Of a stretch of 37,119 nucleotides of DNA, positions 23,136 through 35,006 are shown one piece after another. Each line of letters starts with the position of its first letter. Position 1 is the stretch's first letter. The stretch spans positions 1-37,119 of the forward strand of contig JAUCBJ010004615.1 in the NCBI GenBank assembly GCA_032718475.1, given 5' to 3'. Below the pieces are notes generated by a model. It was given only the letters and a program-made list of their open reading frames with translations. It did no database searches and had not been told where the DNA came from. A program made the position numbers and the translations under genes. Origin of the DNA: Nemertoderma westbladi (Eukaryota > Animalia > Xenacoelomorpha).

Positions 23136-23837
23136 TGCTATTAAGGACCTTTTTTTCACCTGGAATTTTCCGTTCCAAATTCTGTCATAGTATACCATTT
23201 ACCTTTTGTACACGAATCCGGTTGTTGAATTATCCATTTCTATTCATAATAGGGAAATTTGATGCGCATTGAATTTAAGAACCACCTTAATGGCCCTTTA
23301 ATTATAAACTGAACGGTAAACGGTAACCATGGCTACCGTTTTATCTGTGTTAGGCTTCATAATGAACAGTTAACTACAATGTCAGCTTACTGATGTAGGT
23401 TCTATTTGCACAGTGCGATTCCTCGCGCTGTGATTGGTTAAATGCTTAAATTGGATTCATTATTGGTTTACCAGTATTTAAGGCTGAGTTTATATAACAT
23501 AATTGTTGTGGATGACTTCCGCAACACTTAATAAAGGAGCCCGGATTACACCCGGAAATGTGTATACCTTTCGTAGATTAATGAACATTTCAATATGGAC
23601 TGTCCTACCTAAATTAGTAGCTAGGGTGTTTAATTATTCATTGTGGCCGTGATGGTTCATGGTTAATATACACTACCCTTTCATTGTAGCAGCGAGTGGT
23701 TAAAGATGGCCAAGTACGGTAGGGTTGAGCACAGTGGCAACATATGATGGTATTGACAGATGGGAGGCCATGGGGAGGTAAATTGGGGACATACAAGGTA
23801 TCAGATAACATTTCAAGGCTTATCTTATACCTGAACC

Positions 23838-23894
23838 GCTAGCTGAATGGTTAGAGCGTCAGACTTCCAACCAGTTCGATCCCACCTTTTTTTT
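23838..23894 (+). pseudogene. tRNA-like/SINE head relic
   Basis: A-box TAGCTGAATGG, B-box GTTCGATCC, then a T-run; too short and degenerate for a cloverleaf. Confidence 0.45.
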
Positions 23895-23930
23895 GCAAAA
23901 GCTGTGCACAACAAAAAGTTATAAACCATA

Positions 23931-24377
23931 TGGATGGCACATTCATAAGAATGCTACGCCGGGTTCACTGTGCCAAGTAAAATGCACACATCTCCAACCA
24001 GGGACACTATATAACATTGGAGGTGTCTCATTGGTACCCCCAATCTTGACACTAGAACAAAGCAGCCTCCGCTTTGCGTACATTGTTTTCGCCGTGAGGA
24101 AGAGCCTGTGTACAAACTTGGGCTTTGGCAGCCCCATAAGCATGGAGAGCCCATGACTTTCGTGAGCTGCCTCCTAAAGGACACTGGCCTTGAAGATGCG
24201 GATAATCTCGCAAAAGTCATGAGGGATAGTGAGTTGTGGCAGTGCAACTTTGTTGATAAGCTGGCATAGCATTCTTAATGGAAGCTGCATGGGGTTTTTG
24301 TTAAGCTGGCATAACATTTCAATGTGCAGTTTTCAATGTATCAGTGTGACTACTGCAGCAAGCCGATTATAGTAGTA
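23931..24377 (+). mobile_element. RTE-group LINE 3' end (copy 4, more diverged)
   Basis: Homologous to 3425-3820 in reverse (TLYNIGGVSLVPPILTLEQSSLRFA); ends gccgattatagtagta. Confidence 0.88.
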
Positions 24378-25812
24378 CTGTAGCAGTAGTAATAATTTGT
24401 GTACTGTAGTGCGTTATGCTTTGAATTTTTGTGAATATGAATAAGCCAATTACAATTTTGTTACTTGTGGTTAAATAACCCTCCAAACGATCCTTCCTCC
24501 ATCTCAACAAATGGAGGTTAGAATTGATGATTGATAATGGAGTTATTGAAGGTTGGAGATGGAAGAATTCCATCTCAGAGGTTCTTCCATCTCAGCTGAA
24601 GAAAATATTGTTCGCGCTTTTAGACCTTTAGCAGTTTAACCCGCTAATTTTAGGTGTCTTTTAGTTTGTAAATCGACTTTAGCCTATGACGAGTATTGGA
24701 TACACTACATTAGCCGAAGCCAGCCTATGCGCGACCATTCACCCGCTGGATATACCCGGGAGACTGGATTCGGGGGCTCCGACCTTATTGCGGTGTAGGC
24801 CTACTGAATTATTCGATTGATCGTTAATATATAATCTCTGACAAATATTATTCACTTTCGGGAAATATTAACAGTTCCTTTAGGACGTGGCGCTCTAAAT
24901 ATATAAACAGAGCTATGACTTACACTAAACACAACGGGATGGCTAATGATTCACGTATAAGGCGCATTCTTTAGGAGATGCTTTGTTATCTGTCACAGTC
25001 ATGCACACTACCGGTACCGCACAATACTGCACACTGATCTGCCGACCTTCACTAATTTTAGTCACATATAAAGAGAACAGCAATTGACCCATGTAGTGCC
25101 TATGAAATAACATTAGATTCACTCCAAAACCAATATCATATAAGTCGCAATTGCTATATGTAAACGGTCTCTTACCTTCAGTATATCAAGAAGATGGGGT
25201 TTTATGATTATTTCTCGATATTATCCAAATATAACAATTTTCCATCAACAGATACAATTAATAACCGACAGTAAATAGCAGTAAAATAATGCGGTGAAAG
25301 ATATGTATAGCATTTGACAGGCAGGATAACAGTTATACGTTCCGGTAATCAAAGCCGTTCTAATGTTTTGGCTAAAGTCTGAAACAGAATAATTCCATAG
25401 CCGATGTTCGTGGCATCAGGAAAACCAACACACTGAAACCTGTGGGCTGTTGTAGGCAGCTTTCAACACAAAGATAAATAGCTCTCATTGGCAGAACTCC
25501 AGATTCTATAGGTTCCACGAACGTCTAAATGCCAAACCTCCCTAGCCTTTGCAGCCCATAGCCAACACAAGGCTAAATCACTCTGATTGGTCGATCATTG
25601 TTCTGATTGGTTAATCGAACAGAACAAAGAGGCCATACGTACAGCAAATCGGCCAATCAGCCAGCAGAATGCATCACTCGAGCAAGGCAGTTTTAGAGTA
25701 TTTGAGCGCATTGAGGGAAAACTGGATTGCGGAGAAAAAGGGCCAGTTACATCCCGCAAAAATTTTACAAATATCTTCCATTACTTATTTGTTACCAAAT
25801 AACATTTATTAG

Positions 25813-26006
25813 GTAAAAATAGTTCTATACGACTCTGCTGGAAACGTGAACACTCGCATCACGTATGGGGGTGCTGGTAAAAACAAAGGTAACTTCTTCA
25901 CATCAGGGAATATGATAGCTGGGGAATCAACGATTAGTGGCTATAGATGCACTGGATTGTTTGGTATGGGATGTATCTATTCAATCGTGGGTGACGGCGG
26001 TGAACG
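25813..26006 (+). CDS. CUB-domain protein, exon 10 (C-terminal domain)
   Basis: ttattag/gtaagt; 194 nt, phase 0->2; VKIVLYDSAGNVNTRITYGGAGKNKGNFFTSGNMIAGESTISGYRCTGLFGMGCIYSIVGDGGER; absent from the ORF track. Confidence 0.85.
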
Positions 26007-26662
26007 GTAAGTGAAATAACATTGATAAATAATAAATTATAAGTAGAACATTACTATAATAAAATTATAAAAAAATTAATTTATCTTCTTCTGGAATATC
26101 ATTTAGAATATTGAATAAAAATTCTTGGTATACACTTTTACCTGTCACACATTTTGGTCTAATGCATTTTGATTGCATTGTTGAAAGAAATTTCGAAGGG
26201 CCCATGGGTATCTTTAATGTAGCAGCTCTTCAATTAATTGTAGTAAATTTATATGACCTGGAAATTGTCTATTGTAATTTTTCCTTTTTGATATTCGTAT
26301 GTTCTTCGAATTTTTGTTTCAAAGTCCTTGTGCACTTGGTAAAGATTAAGACTCAAGGGGTGGAGGGCAAAAAAATGGTCCCTTACGAGAAGTATGCTGT
26401 TTTCCGCATAATCAATAAAAGTAAGACCATTGTGGGGTACACCAGTTATGGACATTTACAATATTATTGTTTATATGGTTGCCGGGCAACCCCCAGATAT
26501 ACAGAGTTATCTGAGTACTGACTGACAGACAGGCAGCTGATAGAAATTAACGTATCCTACTGGTACTGCTGCACTGTCTGACTTTATCGAATATTAATAC
26601 GAAAATATAATATCGTTCAACTACACACAATATTATGTTTGCGAATTAGCGTGAACCTAAAC

Positions 26663-27660
26663 TGGTGACCCAGCCTGAACTCAAACTACCGGTATACAGT
26701 CTGTACAGGGAAATGCCTCTCGCCACTGAGGATATTTCCGCCCTGGCCGCGGCCTTACAAGGTCTCCTTCCCACTGCTGCCGGTACCGCAACCACCGCCG
26801 GCAACACAATCAATGCTGTGTCGGTAAAACTCTCCACGTTCTGGACCGAGAACCCTGAGATCTGGTTCTCCCAAGTCGAGTCGCAGTTCGTGACCCGCAA
26901 CATCACCGCGGACTCGACAAAATTCCACCACATGGTCGCCACACTCGACAACGTAACGGCGAAGGAAGTCAGGCCCATCCTCCTCAATCCACCGGCAGAA
27001 GATCAGTACGAGAAGCATGCCCTCATCGCTGCTTTCAGTAAAACTCAGGTCCAGAAAGATAACGAACTTTTATCTCTTTCTGGACTCAAGAGACCGCCAA
27101 CCAACGGGCCTCGTCCGCCACATGAGGTCCCTCAACACTGACCCGGAGACACTCTTCCGGGCGCTCTTCCTCGCACAACTTCTGTCTGAAGTCCGACGCG
27201 TCCTTGCCGGTTTGAACACCATGAACCTCGATGTTCTGGCCACCAATGCCGACCGCATTATGGAGGCAACCCGGAACGACCCCATCGGAGTTGGAATCGC
27301 TGGTGTGCAGAGAAACGCCGCCCCTGCCGGTACAACACAGTCTCCCAAGTCGAACCTCTGCTTCTTCCATAAGAAGTTTGGGAATGCTGCACGGAATTGC
27401 AGCTACAGAGGCTGTTGACTCAGCCACCTTCTTCCTTCCCCACCGGCCTCGACTCACGGTCCGGGAAACGCTGGGGCCGGCCGCTAAACATCTCCGCGGT
27501 CGGCCAGAATGCGAAGAGGATGATGACTGTGTGGGATTGTTGCAGCGGCCAAACTTATCTGGTGGACTGAGGAGCACAAGTCTCGGTTTCCCCTGCCACG
27601 CCCGGCGATAAACGCAACCGCATCCCCACTGCCCCGTTGGTCACCGCCATTTCGCCGCTG
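26663..27660 (+). mobile_element. Gypsy LTR retrotransposon (CsRn1-like) PBS-gag-protease fragment
   Basis: TGGTGACCC (tRNA-Trp-type PBS); gag VKLSTFWTENPEIWFSQVESQF...KF...; CFFHKKFGNAARNC knuckle; GGGAAAC slippery site at ~27462; protease LVD*GAQVSV with a stop in the active-site motif. Confidence 0.87.
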
Positions 27661-28102
27661 ATTTTCCAAATTAGCTATTATTTTTAAAAAAATTAAATAA
27701 AAAAAATTTCTTAAAAATTAGTAATTATGTGTAATAATTAGTATATTTATCTATAAACATTTAACATTTTTTAAAAAAAAAATACAAATTATTAGGCTAG
27801 CTAGTGATTTTCCAAGTTCGCTATTATTAAAAAAAAATGTTTTTTCAAAATTATATACTTTTCTTTTATACTATTCTTTGGAAATCTCAATATTATTTGA
27901 TCTTTAGAGCACTTTTTCTTTTCGTGACGTGGCATTTTTATTTAATGAAAACAGTTAAAGTGAATCTACTACTGTAAACATTAAAAAACATTCTAGAATA
28001 ATATTTTGAAGTATTTAAAGGCAACAGATTAACATTTTAAGGTGTTTTATTAGGAATTATAAATTTAAAAAAAAATGTTCTAGAACAAAAAATATTAAGG
28101 TT

Positions 28103-29200
28103 TTGATGGTCTGCGTTTCTCACGGGCGATCACACAGCTGCGTGGTTTTCTACAAGGAGATTCGTTTTCTCCAACATGCTTTGGGATGTTTATAGGAGAT
28201 CTAGCATCTATACTCCGCCAAGTATCAGCTTATATAAGGTTTATCTTCTTTGCAGACGACCTTGCTATAAACTCGAAGGACCCTGTTACTACCCAGCTAG
28301 CCCTTGATGCTCTCCAGAAATGGTGCTTGCACAACTCAATGGAGGTGAATCTCGCAAAAACGAAGATTATTAAATTCCGCAAAGCAGGTCGTGTGGCTCA
28401 CTCCGATAGTTTCAGATATGGGGGGTCGAGAGTTGAACTTTCTAACGAGTATAAGTATCTTGGTGTTACACTACAACCATCACTTTGCTTTACCAAACAT
28501 AGAACGGAAGAAGCGGAAGACCTTTGCTCTTATAGGCTGTCTCCCCAACATACAGCGATTATCAATCGAAATTGGATTAAAAATCTTTCGAATGAAATTA
28601 TACCCCATGACAACATACGCTTTTACCGAGATTGCTCGATGCCTAACCTTATCCAATTTAAAGGAAGTGGACAAGATTAAGACAAGATTTTTGAAACGAC
28701 TTTTAGGCCTTCACACTAATGCGTCTTCCACTATGCCACTAATGGCGGTAGGTGCTAATTCCCTCACTGAGGATATACTAAGACAGCACCCAAACATCTT
28801 CAAACCCGAAGTTATCGACCAGTATAAAATACATCGACTTGACAGACTAAACAACTTCAACTTACAAGGCTATCATCGGGGACCAGCATTTTTCTTCTAC
28901 GAATTGGAAGAAACCCAAACAGTCGAACAGGCATATTGTTACAAGAACAACTGCTCACGGTTTCCACCACATTATATTCAGCAACAAAACTCCGTTCCAT
29001 GAACGCTCTGGTTGTTGTAAAAGCTCCTACTGTAACCGATCATGCAAGGACCTGTACCATGTTCTCAACTGTTCGAGCTGTCCTCCACTTGCTGCTCTGG
29101 CTTCCAAGAAATAATTAAAGCGACTAACAAAAGTAGATTTTCGCATATGTACACTGACATATATTTTAATTGTAATTATTATTTGAAATAAAAAAAAAAT
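28103..29200 (+). mobile_element. 5'-truncated non-LTR retrotransposon RT and C-terminus (RTEX-like)
   Basis: GFLQGDSFSPTCF.MFIGDL, FFADDL, WCLHNSMEVNLAKTKIIKFRKAG, YKYLGV, RFLKRLLGL; frameshifts; A-rich end at ~29186-29199. Confidence 0.85.
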
Positions 29201-29476
29201 TCCATTTGCCCCGCGTATATATTTAAAAAATATATATATATATCTTGCAGTCTACTAGAGAAATTTTTGAAATCGAAATTATTACTCATCACCATATTAA
29301 CGGGATTTTTCCTTCTAATACATAAATTGCTAAGTGTCATTTCTCCAAATTTCGTAAATTGTATAAGGAAAAGAAGGACCTTGCTCGATGCGCTCGCTTT
29401 GTGCATAAATACATAAGGGTCATAGCTACTTATCACTCAAAGATTAAATATTACATTTCATTTTTTTTTATTTTAG

Positions 29477-29631
29477 ACGTCACTGGTTTATTAATAAATC
29501 TTACTTTGGATGTGGCAGTGACTCTGGCTATTTTGTGGTTACCGGTTGTCCCGGTGGTACGGCATGCGGTTGGCAGAGGCACGGATGTCCTTCTATACTA
29601 TCACATAATGGAGGCGGTGGAAATTGGAATA
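29477..29631 (+). CDS. CUB-domain protein, exon 11 (C-terminal domain)
   Basis: Long polypyrimidine tract with ttttag, gtaagt donor; 155 nt, phase 2->1; RHWFINKSYFGCGSDSGYFVVTGCPGGTACGWQRHGCPSILSHNGGGGNWN. Confidence 0.87.
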
Positions 29632-29699
29632 GTAAGTTACATATAAATTCAATACGTTTATAAACATAGACAGTGCCTAACACTTTAACGTCAATCAAA

Positions 29700-30335
29700 C
29701 TACTTCAATCTTAGATTCCATAGGTTTAAAATATATTACGAATGTGGGTCACTTATTTTAGCAATAAAAACTCCAGAGCTGCAAACAGATGAACTTGTAT
29801 TAGGTAAGATGTTCTATTAATGATTTTGAACCAAAGCTCTCATCAATACGAGTAGGTTCTGTTATAACCTGATGGAAAGCATTTGAGTGTAGAGCACTTA
29901 AGTAGCACGTTGAGGCTTATCATTTTACATCATATCAATGTTGAAATCACCAGTAAGAACAAGTTCATAATTATTATCAGCTAAATATGAAAGTTTTGAG
30001 TCAAGTTCATCAATAAAATCGTTTTCTTTTTTCTTCCGCACGATAAACACACCCGATAATTAAAGGCTTTGATTGGTTGCCACGGGTAATTTCCTCTCTT
30101 ACATAAATAGCCACACCACCACGAGCTATTTATATTGGCACTATGAAAATCACAGAAGGGTTTTTGATAACCTTGTAAGTCCTATATACCGTTCAATATT
30201 TTTTTATCCTTAGTAAAAAAGTTTTCTGAAAAGGAAATTATATCCAATTTAGATTCAAGTGCATGGAAAAAGTCTGTAATTAAATCGTGTTTGACATTGC
30301 TACTTTGAGAATTCAAGTGAAAAATTTATCATTGT
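29700..30335 (-). mobile_element. Degenerate LINE APE-endonuclease fragment (CR1/L2 group)
   Basis: FHLNSQS...DIISFSE, RGGVAIY, VYR, LTGDFNID motifs on the minus strand with frameshifts. Confidence 0.8.
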
Positions 30336-30535
30336 GAGATTTACCTAAGATTTTTCCTTATTAAAATATCCATGCGCAAATATAAGCCGTATAATATTCT
30401 GGTCGGGGTTTACTTTATCTAAAAAACGATCAAGAAATTCCTTTGTGGTTCCAAAACATCATTATTATATCAAAATATCAATATATATTGTAATATCAAC
30501 ACCATTAATTACAGTTGCAACGGCTCAACTCCAAT

Positions 30536-33500
30536 CTATCTAAAAAAACGCTGTTTGACAAAAGTATTTTTACACTTACGATTTTCAGTATTGAATTTGT
30601 TGCGTACAGTTTTGTATTTGCCATGGTTACTCATATATTTGTTTTCCCTCCAATTTTGAAAAGAATCGTATTTATCCTGCTGTAGCTTTTGTAAGTAGGG
30701 AGTTGACCATAGAGAGTTTTCAATTAATTTGGTGTTACGCACAAATTTGCGTTTGTAAGGGGCGTGCTTATCTAAAATCTTAGTTATGTTATCTGCAAAT
30801 ATATTATACTGGTCATTATACTGGCTGTATACAAAGTATACAGGCGACTCCAATCCAATGAAGCGATGTCGGCAAGAAAGGCTTTTTCATTTAAATTTTT
30901 CATATCACGACAAATTATGGTTTTTGATTTGTTATGAGGGGATTTATTAATGGCAGAGGTATCTTTTGTAAGATTTATATAAAAAGCAGTAAGTGTATAA
31001 TCATGGTCAGAAAAGGAACAAGGATATACGGAGCACTCAGTTGTGAATTCGGGACAGGGATATACGGAGCAGTCAGTTGTGAATTCGGAACAGGGATATA
31101 CAGAGCAGTCAGTTGTGAATTCGGGGCAGGGATATACGGAGCAGTCAGTTGTGAATTCGGAACAGGGATATACAGAGCAGTCAGTTGTGAATTCGGGGCA
31201 GGGATATACGGAGCAGTCAGTTGTGAATTCGGAACATGGATATACAGAGCAGTCAGTTGTGAATTCGGGACAGGGATATACGGAGCATTCAGTTGTGAAT
31301 TCGGAACAGGGATATACGGAGCAATCAGTTGTGAATTCGGAACAGGGATATACGGAGCAGTCAGTTGTGAATTCGGGGCAGGGATATACAGAGCAGTCAG
31401 TTGTGAATTCGGGACAGGGATATACGGAGCAGTCAGTTGTGAATTCGGGGCAGGGATATACGGAGCAGTCAGTTGTGAATTCGGAACAGGGATATACGGA
31501 GCAATCAGTTGTGAATTCGGAACAGGGATATACGGAGCAGTCAGTTGTGAATTCGGGGCAGGGATATACAGAGCAGTCAGTTGTGAATTCGGGGCAGGGA
31601 TATACGGAGCAGTCAGTTGTGAATTCGGGGCAGGGATATACAGAGCAGTCAGTTGTGAATTCGGGACAGGGATATACGGAGCAGTCAGTTGTGAATTCGG
31701 GGCAGGGATATACGGAGCAGTCAGTAGTGAATTCGGGACAGGGATATACGGAGCAGTCAGTTGTGAATTCGGGGCAGGGATATACGGAGTAGTCAGTTGT
31801 GAATTCGGAACAGGGATATACGGAGCAGTCAGTTGTGACAGGGATATACGGAGCAGTCAGTTGTGAATTCGGAACAGGGATATACGCAGCAGTCAGTTGT
31901 GAATTCGGGACAGGGATATACGGAGCAGTCAGTTGTGAATTCGGGACAGGGATATACGGAACAGTCAGTTGTGACAGGGATATACGGAGCAGTCAGTTGT
32001 GAATTCGGAACAAGGATATACGGAGCATTTAGTTGTGAATTCGGAATAGGGATATACGGAGCAGTCAGTTGTGAATTCGGAACAGGGATATACGGAGCAG
32101 TCAGTTGTGACTGGGATATACGGAGCAGTCAGTTGTGAATTCGGAACAGGGATATACGGAGCAGTCAGTTGTGAATTCGGAACAGGGATATACTCAGCAG
32201 TCAGTTGTGACAGGGATATACGGAGCAGTCAGTTGTGAATTCGGAACAGGGATATACGGAGCAGTCAGTTGTGAATTCGGAACAGGGATATACGGAGCAG
32301 TCAGTTGTGAATTCGGAACAGGGATATACGGAGCAGTCAGTTGTGAATTTGGAACAGGGATATACGGAGCAGTCAGTTGTGAATTCGGGGCAGGGATATA
32401 CGGAGCAGTCAGTTGTGAATTCGGAGCAGGGATATACATATACGGAGCAGTCAGTTGTGAATTCGGAACAGGGATATACGGAGCAGTCAGTTGTGAATTC
32501 GGAACAGGGATATACGGAGCAGTCAGTTGTGAATTCGGAACAGGGATATACGGAGCAGTCAGTTGTGAATTCGGGACAGGGATATACGGAACAGTCAGTT
32601 GTGACAGGGATATACGGAGCAGTCAGTTGTGAATTCGGAACAAGGATATACGGAGCATTTAGTTGTGAATTCGGAATAGGGATATACGGAGCAGTCAGTT
32701 GTGACAGGGATATACGGAGCAGTCAGTTGTGAATTCGGGGCAGGGATATACGGAGCAGTCAGTTGTGACAGGGATATACGGAGCAGTCAGTTGTGAATTC
32801 GGAACAGGGATATACATATACGGAGCAGTCAGTTGTTAATTCGGAACAGGGATATACGGAGCAGTCAGTGGTGAATTCGGAACAGGGATATACGGAGCAG
32901 TCAGTTGTGAATTCGGAACAGGGATATACAGAGCAGTCAGTGGTGAATTCGGAACAGGGATATACGGAGCAGTCAGTTGTGAATTCGGGACAGGGATATA
33001 CGGAGCAGTCAGTTGTGAATTTGGAACAGGGATATACGGAGCAGTCAGTTGTGAATTCGGAACAGGGATATACGGAGCAGTCAGTTGTGAATTTGGAACA
33101 GGGATATACGGAGCAGTCAGTTGTGAATTCGGGGCAGGGATATACGGAGCAGTCAGTGGTGAATTCGGGACAGGGATATACGGAGCAGTCAGTGGTGAAT
33201 TCGGGACAGGGATATACGGAGCAGTCAGTTGTGAATTCGGGGCAGGGATATACGGAGCAGTCAGTGGTGAATTCGGGACAGGGATATACGGAGCAGTCAG
33301 TTGTGAATTCGGAACAGGGATATACGGAGCAGTCAGTTGTGAATTCGGGACAGGGATATACGGAGCAGTCAGTTGTGAATTCGCTACTGATGTCTGTGAA
33401 TATGAGATCAATCAATGTACCGGTTTTTTTTAGTAACGCGAGTTGACTCGGTGGTGTTTAAACGTGAAAGATTGTGAGTGGCAAGAAGATTGTGTAATTA

Positions 33501-33850
33501 ACTTAAAAATGAGTTGTTTTTATAACCATTTATAATATTAAAATCTCCTTGTACAATAATTCGTGATTTATTGTCCAGGATTTGTGCAGTTTCAATTTCG
33601 TTGAATTGCATTTTAGATAATTATTTTTAATTGCCCTGGGAGGGTGATATACGCAGCAGTCAAGTAGATTAATTACCTTCTAAAGATTTTGTACCCTGGA
33701 ATTGTAATTTCACAATCACTGACATGACGTTTCATCCAAGTTTCAGTGACACAAATAAAAAAATCTTGCACGCCTTCTACAATTTGTAGCAACTCCTCAA
33801 CATTCTTTACTAGGCTCCGGGAGTTAATCAACAAGAATTCATCTATATCG
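30536..33850 (-). mobile_element. CR1/L2-group LINE ORF2 N-terminal part (endonuclease plus linker), interrupted by a minisatellite expansion
   Basis: LLINSRSLVKNVEEL...ICVTETW...GTLIDLIFTDIS-[array]-SFSDHD...ILDKHAPYKRK...W.TP...YKTVRNK. Confidence 0.85.
31016..33383. repeat. 36-bp minisatellite (GAATTCGGRRCAGGGATATACGGAGCAGTCAGTTGT)n, roughly 65-70 units
   Basis: Tandem copies without spacers, an EcoRI site in most units, and 26-bp deletion and +4-bp insertion variants. Confidence 0.98.
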
Positions 33851-34271
33851 TTATTGTAATTTTTTTATTATAATTTTTTTTATATATCTTATATCTTATA
33901 TTTTTCTATATCGTTATTGGATATAATTTTACGTCTTATATTATAGCGCGAGGCTATTTCTAACTTTTTGGTTGTTATTACTAGCATTATTTTTACTTGT
34001 TATACATTTATTATTTTTATTTTAGTTGTTTATATTATTACAATTATTATAATTATTACTAATGTATTATTAGTTTTGTTATTATATGGCAGTTTACAGA
34101 CAGACCACAATTGCAGTTCTACAGGTTAGCTAGTATAACTGTGTATGTACAATGTATGTATGCAAATGAAAGTGATAGTAGCAATAAACCGGTTATATCA
34201 TCAAAAATATAATAGTAGGCCTACGTAATAATACAGTTAATTAATTATTATAACTTCAATTTTTTATTTAG

Positions 34272-34321
34272 GTGGACCAAAACGGAGTCAATTCTTTGTG
34301 ATTTACTTCGAATATAACTGA
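34272..34321 (+). CDS. CUB-domain protein, exon 12 (terminal coding exon, TGA at 34319-34321)
   Basis: tttttatttag acceptor; phase 1; SGPKRSQFFVIYFEYN*; completes the domain with a terminal hydrophobic beta-strand; total CDS 1,889 nt is consistent with the frame. Confidence 0.72.
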
Positions 34322-34679
34322 GATGCCAATAATAACAAGAGTCTTTGGGAATTTGATGCGAAATGAGACAATTAATTCTATAAGGATGCGACATTTAATT
34401 TCCCAAAATACTGTAGTTATTTAGTAACGTAATGTACTGTAGTAACATAATTAGTTTAATAGTAAATATATATTTTCTTCATGCATACAGTATATATTTT
34501 CATTTATGTAATAGAACCTATACATACATACATACAGTAAATATAAATATCTTCATACAAGTTATGTATACAAAAATGCTATACTTGAATTTAAATAATT
34601 TTAAGGTAAGGATGTATACTGCAAGAATCATAAAGTATTTATAGAAAATGTTACAGATATTTCTCCAAAGTAAAGTTCT

Positions 34680-35006
34680 GTTCGTACGACTTTACTAAAC
34701 TCGGGGAAACAAATCTAATTGGCTGGGGGGGTGGTTTCTATAACAACAAACAACATCCAATAAAGTATTTCCATAATTTAGCAGATCAGATTGAGGCTGC
34801 TGTTTCCTTAGCAACCTCGAATCGAATCGGTATATAAATAATGTTGCGAAATATAAAAACGATTTGTAGTAGTAGGAATATTATAGATTGGAGTTGAACA
34901 CTAACTTATTTATCTTCCTATTAATTTCTTTGATTGGATGATTGTTGTTATAGAAACCACTCTACCCAATCAGATTTGTTTCCGAGTTTTGTAAAGTCGT
35001 TCGAAC
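34680..35006. mobile_element. MITE-like element with ~85-bp imperfect inverted arms
   Basis: gttcgtacgactttactaaactcgg...gtggtttctataacaaca...catccaat at 34680-34765 pairs with attggatg...tgttgttatagaaaccac...ccgagttttgtaaagtcgttcgaac at 34928-35006. Confidence 0.8.

Noticed and set aside
24540-24600. Short inverted repeat GAGATGGAAGAA/TTCTTCCATCTC as a miRNA or terminator
   Set aside because: Too short and without supporting context; probably a TE remnant
26111-26521. 136-aa ORF
   Set aside because: No recognisable motif or phase-compatible splice sites; AT-rich, repeat-like intronic DNA
29359-29646. Hydrophobic ORF suggesting a transmembrane exon
   Set aside because: It is an alternative frame over exon 11; phase continuity with exons 10 and 12 and the motif content support the RHWFINKSYFGC frame
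31016-33383. 36-bp repeat array as a CRISPR array
   Set aside because: Units are head-to-tail with no unique spacers, there are no cas genes, the context is a eukaryotic intron, and the unit derives from LINE coding sequence
30934-33446. Long repetitive ORFs (GIYGAVSCEFGT, NSEQGYTEQSVV, APYIPVPNSQLT) as structural or antifreeze-like proteins
   Set aside because: By-product of a stop-free 36-bp unit; open in several frames on both strands and broken by 26-bp variant units
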